This document shows, in pieces, positions 1 to 9,338 of a stretch of DNA of 64,000 bases; within the stretch, counting starts at the first letter, position 1, and every line of letters begins with the position of its first letter. This stretch comes from a virus, in the IMG/VR virus record IMGVR_UViG_3300044608_001826, positions 1 through 64,000 of that record; one strand, written 5' to 3'. The notes beneath the pieces are model-generated. The model saw only the letters and a list, made by a program, of their open reading frames with translations. It had not been told where the DNA came from and did not search any database. The translations under genes were made by a program, and so were the position numbers.

Positions 1-114
1 AGTGTCGCTTATAGCCCTATAGCCCCCGCACCGACTACACAGGGCGCTGGCTGGTATGACTCAACTAATCAGCATCTGCGTATTTGGGACGGCACGGCCT
101 GGGTTCAGGTCTAA
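1..114 (+). CDS. C-terminal end of a virion/tail-fibre-type protein (partial)
   Basis: Frame 1 reads SVAYSPIAPAPTTQGAGWYDSTNQHLRIWDGTAWVQV*; W.D....L.IWDG..W is a typical tail-fibre motif. Confidence 0.6.
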   Translation, partial: SVAYSPIAPAPTTQGAGWYDSTNQHLRIWDGTAWVQV

Positions 115-139
115 TATCTGAAAGCCCAACCAAATCAAC

Positions 140-262
140 ATGGCCAAGCCCAAGAACATGCAGCAGATTGAGTCCAAGCCTAAGAAGACGCGACAAGGCA
201 ATGGACTGCACAGCAAACCGTCTCACGGTCGGAAGAAGACGCGTGGGCAGGGTAAGGGCTAA
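140..262 (+). CDS. small basic cyanophage-type protein (40 aa; not in ORF track)
   Basis: MAKPKNMQQIESKPKKTRQGNGLHSKPSHGRKKTRGQGKG*; the KKTRQG...RGQGK pattern is familiar from cyanophage small proteins. Confidence 0.7.
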   Translation: MAKPKNMQQIESKPKKTRQGNGLHSKPSHGRKKTRGQGKG

Positions 263-286
263 ACTGTAGTTATCTAAAGGGTCGAG

Positions 287-670
287 ATGGCTATCCTTTC
301 TTTTCAAGCAGGTGAAGCCATCTCGGCTGGGGATGTAGTTGGAGTTACCGCTTCAGGTGTCATCCGTAAGGGGATAGCGACCTTGCAAGAACAAGCTTCC
401 GTCATCGGAATTGCTTTAGACTCTGTTTCTGTCGGCAACTTAACCCGCGTCTGTAACGATTCCGTTCACACCTATTTAAATTCTTTTGTTCCAGATACTG
501 TACAGTATCTATCTCTTACTACATCAGGCGTATTAATTGATTACGACGCATGGCAATCGCAACTAAACTCTTTACCCAGCTCGGGCGCATTTTTAACTCG
601 TGTTGGGCGCACTTTATCAAATTCAGCTATTGAGTTAGAGATAGAGCGGCCAATTTATATCACAAAGTGA
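287..670 (+). CDS. virion structural/decoration protein (DUF2190-like)
   Basis: AGEAISAGDVV N-terminal motif; ends LEIERPI like its paralog 1313..1816; tail-gene context. Confidence 0.55.
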   Translation: MAILSFQAGEAISAGDVVGVTASGVIRKGIATLQEQASVIGIALDSVSVGNLTRVCNDSVHTYLNSFVPDTVQYLSLTTSGVLIDYDAWQSQLNSLPSSGAFLTRVGRTLSNSAIELEIERPIYITK

Positions 671-703
671 TTTATACTGGAGTCACGAGAGTGATTTTTT
701 AAG

Positions 704-1306
704 GTGTTTGTTCTTAACGGAAATCCCCTCCCTTTAGATACTCCGTTTGAGGCAAACGGTACCCTGTACCCTGCTAATTGGTTGCGTTTAGCTACTCCTG
801 AAGAACGCGAAGCCATAGGAATTAAAGAAGTTCCGGATCCGCCTTATTACGATCAACGTTTTTATTGGGGTTATACCGCTAGTGGCACTTTAATTCCTAA
901 AGATCACACTCAACTTGTTACTCAGTGGACTGATACAACTCGTCAAACCGCTAATTCGCTGCTGAGTCCGACTGATTGGGTGATTGTTCGCGAAGTTGAT
1001 AATGGAACTCCTGCTTCCAGTGGACTTAAAGATTGGCGGCAGCAAATTCGTTACGCATGTGAAGATAAAGTTACGGCCATAGTATTAACTCCAGATACTC
1101 CAACTCTTGCAAATTATATTACGTACACCAGTCCGTCTGGAGGGTCAACATCGGATTACAGCTATTGGCCTCAGTTAAATCCTCCTGTTCCTCCTTCTGG
1201 ATCCCTTACGGAAGATTCCGGTTTTATTGATTTTTCGTCTGGTGACTCTACTCTTACCGAATCTTACGTTTCGGGTGACACCGGAACTGACACCGTAATC
1301 CTGTAA
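704..1306 (+). CDS. tail fibre assembly-like protein
   Basis: YPANWLRL..EER.AIGI, YDQRFYWG and LL.PTDW..VR motifs typical of cyanophage tail-fibre-associated proteins. Confidence 0.6.
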   Translation: MFVLNGNPLPLDTPFEANGTLYPANWLRLATPEEREAIGIKEVPDPPYYDQRFYWGYTASGTLIPKDHTQLVTQWTDTTRQTANSLLSPTDWVIVREVDNGTPASSGLKDWRQQIRYACEDKVTAIVLTPDTPTLANYITYTSPSGGSTSDYSYWPQLNPPVPPSGSLTEDSGFIDFSSGDSTLTESYVSGDTGTDTVIL

Positions 1307-1312
1307 TAAATC

Positions 1313-1816
1313 ATGACAACTCGCGCAATCTTCAACCGACAGTACACTGATTACACCCCAGGGGGTCAACAAGTTTGGCTCGTTAACGGAGCAGGTGTAA
1401 CAACCAGTCCTGTTACCTCTCAGTCTTTCACTGCTGGCGAAACTCTTAGTCAGGGCACTGTCGTCTATTTAAGTGGCACATACGTACTAGCGGCGAGTGC
1501 CGCAAGCGGCGTGGCAACAGCTAACTACAGTCCTATAGGTATTACGACAGAAGCCGCGATAACTTCCGCACAAGTTAACGTTACTTTTGACGATACTGCT
1601 GTCCTGACTTCCGTTAATCTGGTAGGGGAAACTCAATTAGTGCCAGGTGAATATTATTATTTATCTAAATATCCAGGTCAGTTAACAAGGTATTCGACGG
1701 CATCTGGTTTAGTTACAGCTGCTAGCGGATATGCCGCTTTAGTTAATGTTGGACAGGCGTTAAGTTCTTCTGAGTTACAAATAGAAATTGAGCCTGCCGT
1801 AGTTCTCTACGACTGA
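1313..1816 (+). CDS. virion structural protein, paralog of 287..670
   Basis: FTAGETLSQG, YYLS...G.L and VGQALS.SEL.IEIEP shared with 287..670. Confidence 0.55.
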   Translation: MTTRAIFNRQYTDYTPGGQQVWLVNGAGVTTSPVTSQSFTAGETLSQGTVVYLSGTYVLAASAASGVATANYSPIGITTEAAITSAQVNVTFDDTAVLTSVNLVGETQLVPGEYYYLSKYPGQLTRYSTASGLVTAASGYAALVNVGQALSSSELQIEIEPAVVLYD

Positions 1817-1845
1817 AGCTATACTTAAGAAACGGAGGCTTAGCG

Positions 1846-2697
1846 ATGACTACACGTAAACCGCTTATTTTAATCAGCGGGGCCTATTCTGAGTTACCTC
1901 CGGGTGATTTTGTTCCTGGTGTCGATCCTACCGCTCAAGCTTCAGGTAACGCTGCTTTAGAGGCTGCTGCTAACGCCCTTGCTAGCGGTAATCTAGGTAT
2001 TGCAAATGCTGCGGTTGCTTTAGCTTCTGGCAACGCAGCTATAACGGATGCAGCTACCGCTTTAGCTTCAGGTAATGCTGCTATTGTAGTTGGAGCTAAC
2101 GCACTTGCCAGCGGTAACTTAGGTATTGCAAATGCCGCTATTGCTCAAGCTTCTGGCAATGCCGCTCTTGTAGTTGGAGCTAACGCTCTTGCTTCTGGCA
2201 ATGCCGCATTAACTAACGCTGCTACCGCTTTAGCTTCTGGTAACGCAGCTTTAGTTGTTGGGGCTACTGCACTTGCTTCCGGTAATGCAGCCCTTTCTGG
2301 TTTAGCCAACAAATACGATAAAGTCGGCGGCCCAATTTCTGGCCCCGCTTTTACTCAATCTCAAACTTTTGGTGTTCCTAGTGGGATTGTCACCAGCGGA
2401 GTGATAATTTTAAACTTCGGACAAAGAGATAACTTTGAGATTACGTTAGGCGGAAACTCAACATTAGGGCGCCCACTAAACGCCAGTGGCGGTCAGTGCG
2501 GAGCCATTATTGTCCGTCAAGACAATGGAGGGAGCCGTACCCTTAGCTATAGCGGCGGATGGGGGTTTGTCAGTAATACTGCGCCAACGTTAACAACAAC
2601 GGCGAGCGGCGTGGACATGCTCGGATATTACGTTGTTAATTCAAGCAGGATAAACGTAGTCGCTAATCTTAATTACAGCTCTGGTACTGTTTCATGA
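1846..2697 (+). CDS. fibre protein with 14-aa ALASGN repeats and C-terminal beta domain
   Basis: 9 ASGN repeats; C-terminal TL..N.T...P.N...GQ.G.I...QD..GSRTL.Y...W.F....APTLTT motif typical of fibre tips. Confidence 0.7.
   Translation: MTTRKPLILISGAYSELPPGDFVPGVDPTAQASGNAALEAAANALASGNLGIANAAVALASGNAAITDAATALASGNAAIVVGANALASGNLGIANAAIAQASGNAALVVGANALASGNAALTNAATALASGNAALVVGATALASGNAALSGLANKYDKVGGPISGPAFTQSQTFGVPSGIVTSGVIILNFGQRDNFEITLGGNSTLGRPLNASGGQCGAIIVRQDNGGSRTLSYSGGWGFVSNTAPTLTTTASGVDMLGYYVVNSSRINVVANLNYSSGTVS
1933..2298 (+). repeat. imperfect 42-bp tandem repeat (9 units) encoding (A/Q)ASGN double-heptad repeats
   Basis: Recurrent gcttctggcaat/gcttcaggtaac/gctagcggtaat at 42-nt spacing. 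Confidence 0.85.
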
Positions 2698-5093
2698 GTT
2701 TAACCGCAGGCAAGCAGTTACTTTTGTCGTCGGCTGCTGCAGGCGGCTACACCATCAGCCGCAGCCTGCGGTTTAACTCGGCGGATTCGGCTTACCTCAG
2801 CCGCACCCCCGCATCAGCCGGCAACCGCAAGACGTGGACCTGGGCGGGATGGGTGAAGAGGGCAGACCTGGCAAGCCAGCAAACACTTTTTGATGGATAT
2901 TCGGGAGGAAGCGATCGGACTCAAGTCATGCTTGATGAGGCCAACTTCAGGTTGCTCAATCAAGTTGGGGGCAGCGTAACTACAAACTTGATTAGCACTG
3001 CAGCATTTCGCGACGCATCAGCTTGGTGTCATCTTGTCGTTAATTGGAACACCCCCCAGGCGACATCTACCAATCGCGTCAAGGTTTACGTTAACGGCAT
3101 TGAAATTACTGCTTTCTCTACTGCAACCTATCCTGGACAAAACAACGACTCATATATCAATAGCAACGTCGCCCATGATATAGGTCGCACAGGCGCATTT
3201 GCGGAAGCATATTTTTCCGGCTACCTAGCCGACATCCACTTCATCGACGGCCAAGCGTTAGACCCCACCAGCTTCGGTGAGTTATCCGCCACGACCGGCG
3301 TGTGGATGCCTAAGGCGTACACCGGCAGCTACGGCACCAACGGCTTCAAACTCGATTTCGCGGACAACTCCGCCGCCACGGCTGCTGCACTCGGTAAAGA
3401 CACCAGCGGCAACGGCAACAACTGGACCCCGACGAATCTCAGCGTCACCGCTGGCGCAGGCAACGACAGCCTGATCGACGTACCCGTCAACGGCAGCCAG
3501 ACCGATACTGGCGTGGGGGGTGAGGTCAGGGGGAATTATGCGACGCTGAATCCGCTGAGATTGCAATCAACAGCAACTCTTAGCAATGGAAATATTGATC
3601 TAACCTGCGGCACAACGAACTTTGGCCTTGCCCTTGGGACCATCGGAATTACAAGCGGTAAACATTATTGGGAAATTACATGCAATAACATTTCCGCAAC
3701 AGGAGCTAACATGGGTATTGCAGATCAGGCAATTTCTTTAACTAGCTACCCTGGCGGAACTTCAACAAGCTACGGGTACAACGCCAATGGCTTCAAATAT
3801 ACTAACGGTGGCGGTTCAAGCTATGGCGCATCATACACAAACGGTGACGTGATAAGTGCTGCGCTTGATTTAGACGCCGGCACCCTTGTTTTTTATAAAA
3901 ACGGAGTATCTCAAGGCACCGCTTATTCATCACTGAGCGGTACGTTTTTCCCTGCCGTATCGTCTGGTGGCGGTAGTTCCACGTTTACCGTTAACTTTGG
4001 CGCTCGTAGTTTCGCCTACACCGCCCCCAGCGGCTTCAAGGCGCTCTGCACCGCTAACCTCCCCGCGCCCACCATCGTCAAGCCCAGCACGGTGATGGAT
4101 GTGGTGCTCTACACGGGCACCGGCTCCACGCTGACACCCACCAGTTCGCTCGGTTTCAGCCCCGATCTGGTCTGGATCAAGTCACGCTCTGCCGCCACCG
4201 ACAACACGCTGTATGACGCAGTGCGTGGCGCACAGGCACGGCTTGAGTCCAACAACACCGATACAGAAGTCACCAGTGACAACGGACTAACAGCGTTCAA
4301 CTCCGCAGGGTTTACGCTCGGCACACTGGCGCAGGTCAACACCAACGCCGCCACCTACGCCGCCTGGTGCTGGGACGCTGGCAGCTCCACCGTCAGCAAC
4401 ACCGCAGGCACCATCACGTCCAGTGTCAGGGCGTCGACTACCAATGGATGCTCTGTACTTACCTACACGGGCTCTGGATCTTTATCTTCAACAGTTGGCC
4501 ACGGTCTTGGCGTGGTTCCGGGCATGATTATTGTCAAACATAGGACCGGCACTGCATATGACTGGCGAGTATGGCACTCCTACTTTGGTACAGCGACTAC
4601 AAAAACATTGTTCCTTAATACCACTTCTGCAGAAGTCAGCGACGCCTCCGATGGCTATATAACAGGGATAACATCAACTGTCTTTGGCTTTGGCAGTAGG
4701 GTTAACGCTGTCAACACAAGCACTGTGGACTACGTCGCCTACTGCTTCGCCCCAGTAGCCGGGTACTCTTCTATGGGTAGTTATGTCGGGAATGGAAACG
4801 CAGATGGGCCGTTTGTGTATACCGGAATGCGTAGCCGCTGGATCATGATCAAGCGCGCCAGCGCCTCCCCCGGCAACTGGACGATTATCGACACTGCGCG
4901 AGAGGGCTACAACGTCGATAACGACCCGCTCTATCCCAACCTTGCCGATGCAGAAGGCACCACAGATCTAGCTGACATCCTCAGCAATGGCTTCAAACTG
5001 CGCAGCACCGACGCATCAATGAACGCATCAGGTGGCACCTATGTGTATGCGGCCTTCAGTGAGGCTGCCTTCCAGTATTCCCGAGCCCGCTAA
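2694..5093 (+). CDS. large tail fibre/receptor-binding protein with LamG-like and SPRY-like lectin domains
   Basis: SLRFN...YLSRT, WT.AGWVKR, WCHLVV, YVNG (LamG); SGKHYWEI, GDVI..ALDLDAGTL.FYKNG (SPRY); FSPDLVWIKSR and YVAYCF repeats. Confidence 0.8.
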   Translation: MSLTAGKQLLLSSAAAGGYTISRSLRFNSADSAYLSRTPASAGNRKTWTWAGWVKRADLASQQTLFDGYSGGSDRTQVMLDEANFRLLNQVGGSVTTNLISTAAFRDASAWCHLVVNWNTPQATSTNRVKVYVNGIEITAFSTATYPGQNNDSYINSNVAHDIGRTGAFAEAYFSGYLADIHFIDGQALDPTSFGELSATTGVWMPKAYTGSYGTNGFKLDFADNSAATAAALGKDTSGNGNNWTPTNLSVTAGAGNDSLIDVPVNGSQTDTGVGGEVRGNYATLNPLRLQSTATLSNGNIDLTCGTTNFGLALGTIGITSGKHYWEITCNNISATGANMGIADQAISLTSYPGGTSTSYGYNANGFKYTNGGGSSYGASYTNGDVISAALDLDAGTLVFYKNGVSQGTAYSSLSGTFFPAVSSGGGSSTFTVNFGARSFAYTAPSGFKALCTANLPAPTIVKPSTVMDVVLYTGTGSTLTPTSSLGFSPDLVWIKSRSAATDNTLYDAVRGAQARLESNNTDTEVTSDNGLTAFNSAGFTLGTLAQVNTNAATYAAWCWDAGSSTVSNTAGTITSSVRASTTNGCSVLTYTGSGSLSSTVGHGLGVVPGMIIVKHRTGTAYDWRVWHSYFGTATTKTLFLNTTSAEVSDASDGYITGITSTVFGFGSRVNAVNTSTVDYVAYCFAPVAGYSSMGSYVGNGNADGPFVYTGMRSRWIMIKRASASPGNWTIIDTAREGYNVDNDPLYPNLADAEGTTDLADILSNGFKLRSTDASMNASGGTYVYAAFSEAAFQYSRAR

Positions 5094-5135
5094 CCTTCAA
5101 CTACGGACCTGATCGCCACGTTCTCACTTAACTTT

Positions 5136-6011
5136 TTATAGTAATTTAACTAAATTAGTAAATTTATTACGCCATATTGTTTTATACATTTCCCACAGAT
5201 TTTTACATTGTTTAGTAACTATATCTACATCTTTAGTTAGATTATTTATTACTTTTTCGTGCAATTTTTCCCAATCTTGTTCGATAATAAAAGGTAGTTC
5301 TGCTCCACTAAAAACACCGTGCCAATAGGAAGGGTATAACTTAAACTGGTTTGAATTTGTAAGCGTTATAGGAATACATCCCGCTTCTAACGCCTCATAA
5401 AGTCTAAATGAGTCCATACTATCCTGACCTGAAGGGCATAAAGCAAAAACACTTTCTTGAAGCATTTCGACATATTCTTTCGTACTTAACCCATCTGCCG
5501 CCCCGAAACCGCTGCACGCATGAACTTTGTTCGGACGTTCGTCTTTAAACAGATCTACAGCTTTTTTTCTATCCCCATGGAGCGTCCCTGCGAACGACCA
5601 CAGTAAATCACGGTTTTCAGTGTCCTTTAAATTCAGATATTTATGAAAATCCCTTTTATACCCCAACCCAAAAACTGTAACTTTTGGGTTAGTTAAAAAA
5701 TTGGGATGTATATAGTTCCGCATACACCCAACACAGTTCGGATCATGCAGCCATTCGCAGGGATCTATAAGATTTTCATCACTTAGCAGAACAATGGCGT
5801 ATTTTTTACCCTTACGTCTTAATTCGTCTAAGACAGCCCGGTACGGAACCGCGTGGCTGCAAATAAGTACTGTGTTGTAGTCTGTATTTATCCTTCTGTA
5901 GTCGTACTCAATATCTATGTAGTCTTGTACGTCACTAAATAAAAACTTAAGCCAATCAAGTTCAAAGAGATTCTCATCAGAGGTCAGCCACTGGATTTTT
6001 ACGTCGTTCAT
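5136..6011 (-). CDS. exostosin-like glycosyltransferase (GT47)
   Basis: WSFAG, Y..ML..S.F.LCP.G...SFRLYEALEAGCIP is the GT47 signature. Confidence 0.8.
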   Translation of the reverse strand: MNDVKIQWLTSDENLFELDWLKFLFSDVQDYIDIEYDYRRINTDYNTVLICSHAVPYRAVLDELRRKGKKYAIVLLSDENLIDPCEWLHDPNCVGCMRNYIHPNFLTNPKVTVFGLGYKRDFHKYLNLKDTENRDLLWSFAGTLHGDRKKAVDLFKDERPNKVHACSGFGAADGLSTKEYVEMLQESVFALCPSGQDSMDSFRLYEALEAGCIPITLTNSNQFKLYPSYWHGVFSGAELPFIIEQDWEKLHEKVINNLTKDVDIVTKQCKNLWEMYKTIWRNKFTNLVKLL

Positions 6012-6059
6012 ACTTCAGTTAAGGCGTGTCTCACCTTAGCGTGAGTCACTTAAAATAGG

Positions 6060-6455
6060 TTGTTGTTTTGGGCGCCTTCGTTGGAATGTAAGCATTGTGT
6101 TTCCGAGCTGTATAAAGCTGATTCCGACAAGCTCAACGACGAAGCTTTTGTCAGACAAGCTCTAGTTAGCGCTGCTGAGCTTGCGGGTGCGACGCTTATC
6201 GACGTGAGGACACATGCTTTCGAACCTCAGGGGATCACCGGTTTCGCCCTTCTAGCGGAGTCTCACATCAGCATCCACACGTGGCCCGAGCACCGATTCG
6301 CCGCCGTGGACGCCTTTACGTGCGGTGAAACAACTAATCCCGAACTCGCCTGTAATTATTTAGCAGCCTCCTTCGATTCCTCAGGACATGTAGTTAATTT
6401 TATTGAGCGATCTACTCCCCCTTCCTTAACAAAATCTAACGTGTATCAAATGTAG
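6060..6455 (+). CDS. speD: pyruvoyl-dependent S-adenosylmethionine decarboxylase proenzyme family
   Basis: [20 protein letters not shown] and D.FTCG motifs. Confidence 0.92.
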   Translation: MLFWAPSLECKHCVSELYKADSDKLNDEAFVRQALVSAAELAGATLIDVRTHAFEPQGITGFALLAESHISIHTWPEHRFAAVDAFTCGETTNPELACNYLAASFDSSGHVVNFIERSTPPSLTKSNVYQM

Positions 6456-6489
6456 CTAAAATATAACTAACTTCCGTACGTACGCTTTT

Positions 6490-6885
6490 GTGAGCGAGTC
6501 GGATCTTATATTTGATTTACATTGTCTGCAGCGGCGGACCGCCAGAAAAAGATTTCGAAAGGATATTCTAGATGCTTGGGATAATTTGTGTGCTTATTGC
6601 GGTTCTGATCGCGCTCATACTCTTGATCATATAATAGCTAAGGCTAAAGGAGGCCCTACTAAACGAGGTAATCTATTAGCTGCGTGTCCCACATGTAACC
6701 TTGCTAAATCTGATTTTGATTGGTTTACATGGTTTCGCTCACAGTTATTCTGGACGCACGAAAGAGAATTAGCTATATGGAATTGGCTTAGTTATAATCA
6801 TGAAGTAAGCATTGCTGCTCGTGAATACGAAGAGTTGTGTCGGAAGCCCTTAAAGCTCCCGACATCGGACGCATACAACGATTAG
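6490..6885 (+). CDS. HNH endonuclease (McrA-like)
   Basis: CAYCG...TLDH..AK.KGG....NL..AC..CN..K. Confidence 0.9.
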   Translation: MSESDLIFDLHCLQRRTARKRFRKDILDAWDNLCAYCGSDRAHTLDHIIAKAKGGPTKRGNLLAACPTCNLAKSDFDWFTWFRSQLFWTHERELAIWNWLSYNHEVSIAAREYEELCRKPLKLPTSDAYND

Positions 6886-6887
6886 TT

Positions 6888-7064
6888 TTACTTCTTGGCC
6901 AGCTTGCTAATGATGCCAGCTAAGATCTCAAGTACTCGATAGTACTTAGCCACTGCCTCGTCATCACGAGGAGTAGGCGTAAGGTTGACGATTGTCAGCG
7001 CCAGAGCGTGGACGGCAATAAGAACAGCCAAAAACTCTTCAGCACGAGAAATGAGTTCTTCCAT
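6888..7064 (-). CDS. small membrane protein, holin-like
   Basis: Hydrophobic helix, then VNLTPTP.DD motif; close to the endolysin; start taken as MEELIS. Confidence 0.55.
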   Translation of the reverse strand: MEELISRAEEFLAVLIAVHALALTIVNLTPTPRDDEAVAKYYRVLEILAGIISKLAKK

Positions 7065-7090
7065 GATTAAACACCCCAACTAAATTTATT

Positions 7091-7360
7091 CTAAGCTTTT
7101 TCCCCAAGCTTACTCATTATCAACTGGTCTAGTTTGTCGTTTATATGATTTAATCGATCTTTAATTTCATTTAAGCCATAGTTTAAATCAGACTTTGAAG
7201 CATAAATTAATGGAAATTCCACTATAGTTTTCTCGACTTCATCTAATCGTTTTTTTACACCATTAAATCTGTCATTTAAGACGTTTTGTCGCTGTTGGTG
7301 CGACCATGTGAAAAAACCGGTTGCAGCAGCCAAGCCAGCTATAGTCGCTTCCAAGCTCAT
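7091..7360 (-). CDS. small membrane-anchored coiled-coil protein (lysis-associated?)
   Basis: N-terminal TM segment, C-terminal IKDRLNHINDKLDQL heptads. Confidence 0.5.
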   Translation of the reverse strand: MSLEATIAGLAAATGFFTWSHQQRQNVLNDRFNGVKKRLDEVEKTIVEFPLIYASKSDLNYGLNEIKDRLNHINDKLDQLIMSKLGEKA

Positions 7361-7453
7361 GTTCCGTTTCTTTCTGAGTTAATTTTATTCGTTTGTAAGG
7401 GTAACCGCCTGAGTATTTTTGTTTAAAATATAGTTACTGATACCTGACCCCTC

Positions 7454-7891
7454 GTGGCTCAATATACTAAAAACCTTGAATTAGACGGCGTTTTAAATAG
7501 CGGGCTTACGGACCCGTCCCGCCGTACAGGGTCTACCCATTTTGATCAGCGCCGCACTCTTGATGCTAGCGGTGTTGTTGTAGTTACCTCCGCGAATCGT
7601 ACATACGCTGCTGACGGTATCTACGGGATTGCAGATTATTACCAGCTAACTGTTAACGCTACCGGCATTCTTCGCGTCGATATCCGCAATCAAAACTCTT
7701 GCGGCGATGTTGTTGTACTGGATTCCACTGGCACTGAGGTTTTAGTGGCATCGCCTTCGAAGTACAGCACTCGTGCAACTACGACTACTTCCACCACTAT
7801 TAACTCCTCCGGTACTTACGCCACTTATATCCAATTAAAAGGTCGCAGCGGTTCGGAGTACCGCGTGGGGATTAATGTCTCCAGTACCTGA
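7454..7891 (+). CDS. hypothetical beta-rich virion protein
   Basis: S/T/G-rich; DYYQLTV..TG.L resembles PPC-like beta domains. Confidence 0.45.
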   Translation: MAQYTKNLELDGVLNSGLTDPSRRTGSTHFDQRRTLDASGVVVVTSANRTYAADGIYGIADYYQLTVNATGILRVDIRNQNSCGDVVVLDSTGTEVLVASPSKYSTRATTTTSTTINSSGTYATYIQLKGRSGSEYRVGINVSST

Positions 7892-9144
7892 TGCAAATAT
7901 CTAAAATTGGCGTTGACCTCATTAAAAATTTTGAGGGCTTCAGGGACACTTCCTATGAGTGCCAGGCTGGAGTCTGGACAATTGGGTATGGAACAACTGG
8001 CCCTGAGGTCAAGCCCAATCAGAAAATAACGAAAGAAGAAGCGGAAAGACTTCTTACGGAAGATATTAAGTACTTTGAGGGCGTCGTTAGTGAAGCCTTA
8101 AAGACTTCAATTAATCAGAATCAGTTCGACGCTTTAGTCAGCTTTACATATAACATTGGCGCTTCTGCCTTTCGGAGCTCGACTCTCTTAAAACTTTTAA
8201 ATAATCAGGCTTCTCAGAGTGTCGTAGCTGCTGAGTTTTTAAAGTGGGTCAAAGCAGATGGAAAGGTTAGTGAAGGATTAAAAAATCGGCGTGAGAAAGA
8301 AAGACAGCTATTCTTAACCAAGCCCCTCCACCCTCTCTTGAGCTCCTCCATTCTCGCTGAGCACGACACGTGGCTTAAACGCGAGCCCAAGCAGTCCTCC
8401 GAGCTGGCTGCGGAGCAAAAGCTCTTTGTCCCGAAAGGATCCGCCCATAAGTGGGACGCCATTACGATGGTCCCCGGTGAGATCGACTACAAAGTCACCC
8501 TTTCAGCTCAACCAGATCGTGCTTGGTGGTTCTATCCACCCCACTGGAAGATAATTAACGACCCGAAACCCTCTCTTTCGCAACCTATAGCTCCCGCTGC
8601 TCCCCCTAAGACGGGAGCAATAACTCTCCCTATTCCTTACTTTTCGCAACGGGATAACGCTCGTGATCCCCTGCGCACGTGCTTTTCTAGCTCTTGCGCA
8701 ATGATGCTTGCTGGTCTGCGACCAGGCGTCATTAAGAGCGACGATGAGTACATAAACACTGTATTTAAATACGGAGATACAACAGCGTATACATCGCAAA
8801 TAGAAGCGTTAGAAGATTATGGAGTTAAGGCAACTTTTAGTCAGAGTGGGTCTTTTTCCAACATCGATAGCCAACTAGAGCTGGGTATTGCTGTTCCTAT
8901 CGGCATTCTCCATAAAGGCCCTGTTACGAGCCCAACCGGAGGCGGCCATTGGATCACCGTTATCGGATGCAACGCTGAAGGGTCCGCGTATATTGTCCAC
9001 GATCCCTTCGGGGATCTTGACCTCGTGGGAGGCACCTACATTAGTACGAATGGTAAGAGCCTTTCGTACTCGAAAAAGAATTTAGCCCCTCGCTGGATGG
9101 TTGAGGGAGCATTCACTGGTTGGTACATTAAGGGCTTTAAATAA
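7891..9144 (+). CDS. endolysin: GH24 lysozyme fused to C39-like cysteine peptidase
   Basis: FEG...Y.C.AGVWTIGYG.T, NQNQFDALVSF.YN.G, GL..RR..E (GH24); YFSQRDN, CFSSSCAM, GGHW, HDP.G (C39-like). Confidence 0.9.
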   Translation: MQISKIGVDLIKNFEGFRDTSYECQAGVWTIGYGTTGPEVKPNQKITKEEAERLLTEDIKYFEGVVSEALKTSINQNQFDALVSFTYNIGASAFRSSTLLKLLNNQASQSVVAAEFLKWVKADGKVSEGLKNRREKERQLFLTKPLHPLLSSSILAEHDTWLKREPKQSSELAAEQKLFVPKGSAHKWDAITMVPGEIDYKVTLSAQPDRAWWFYPPHWKIINDPKPSLSQPIAPAAPPKTGAITLPIPYFSQRDNARDPLRTCFSSSCAMMLAGLRPGVIKSDDEYINTVFKYGDTTAYTSQIEALEDYGVKATFSQSGSFSNIDSQLELGIAVPIGILHKGPVTSPTGGGHWITVIGCNAEGSAYIVHDPFGDLDLVGGTYISTNGKSLSYSKKNLAPRWMVEGAFTGWYIKGFK

Positions 9145-9145
9145 A

Positions 9146-9319
9146 ATGGATTGGAAGAATATCGAACGTTGTGCTCAAGCGCGAGCAGACGCAAAAACTT
9201 TTAATTGGGACGAGGAATCGAATCCTTTAGGGGATCTTGAGACTCGTGAGATGGCTCGATTCATGGGTTATCGAGACGCCTTGATCGAGGCGCTAACCGA
9301 GTCCCCTCGGCTAAAGTAG
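9146..9319 (+). CDS. hypothetical protein
   Basis: MDWKNIERCAQ... begins just after the endolysin stop. Confidence 0.5.
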   Translation: MDWKNIERCAQARADAKTFNWDEESNPLGDLETREMARFMGYRDALIEALTESPRLK

Positions 9320-9338
9320 TTTTTCTCACAGTTTCATC

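Noticed and set aside
65-307. Track ORFs 65..307 (-) and 84..269 (+)
   Set aside because: The ORF at 140..262 in another frame matches a familiar small basic protein pattern and fits the gene spacing
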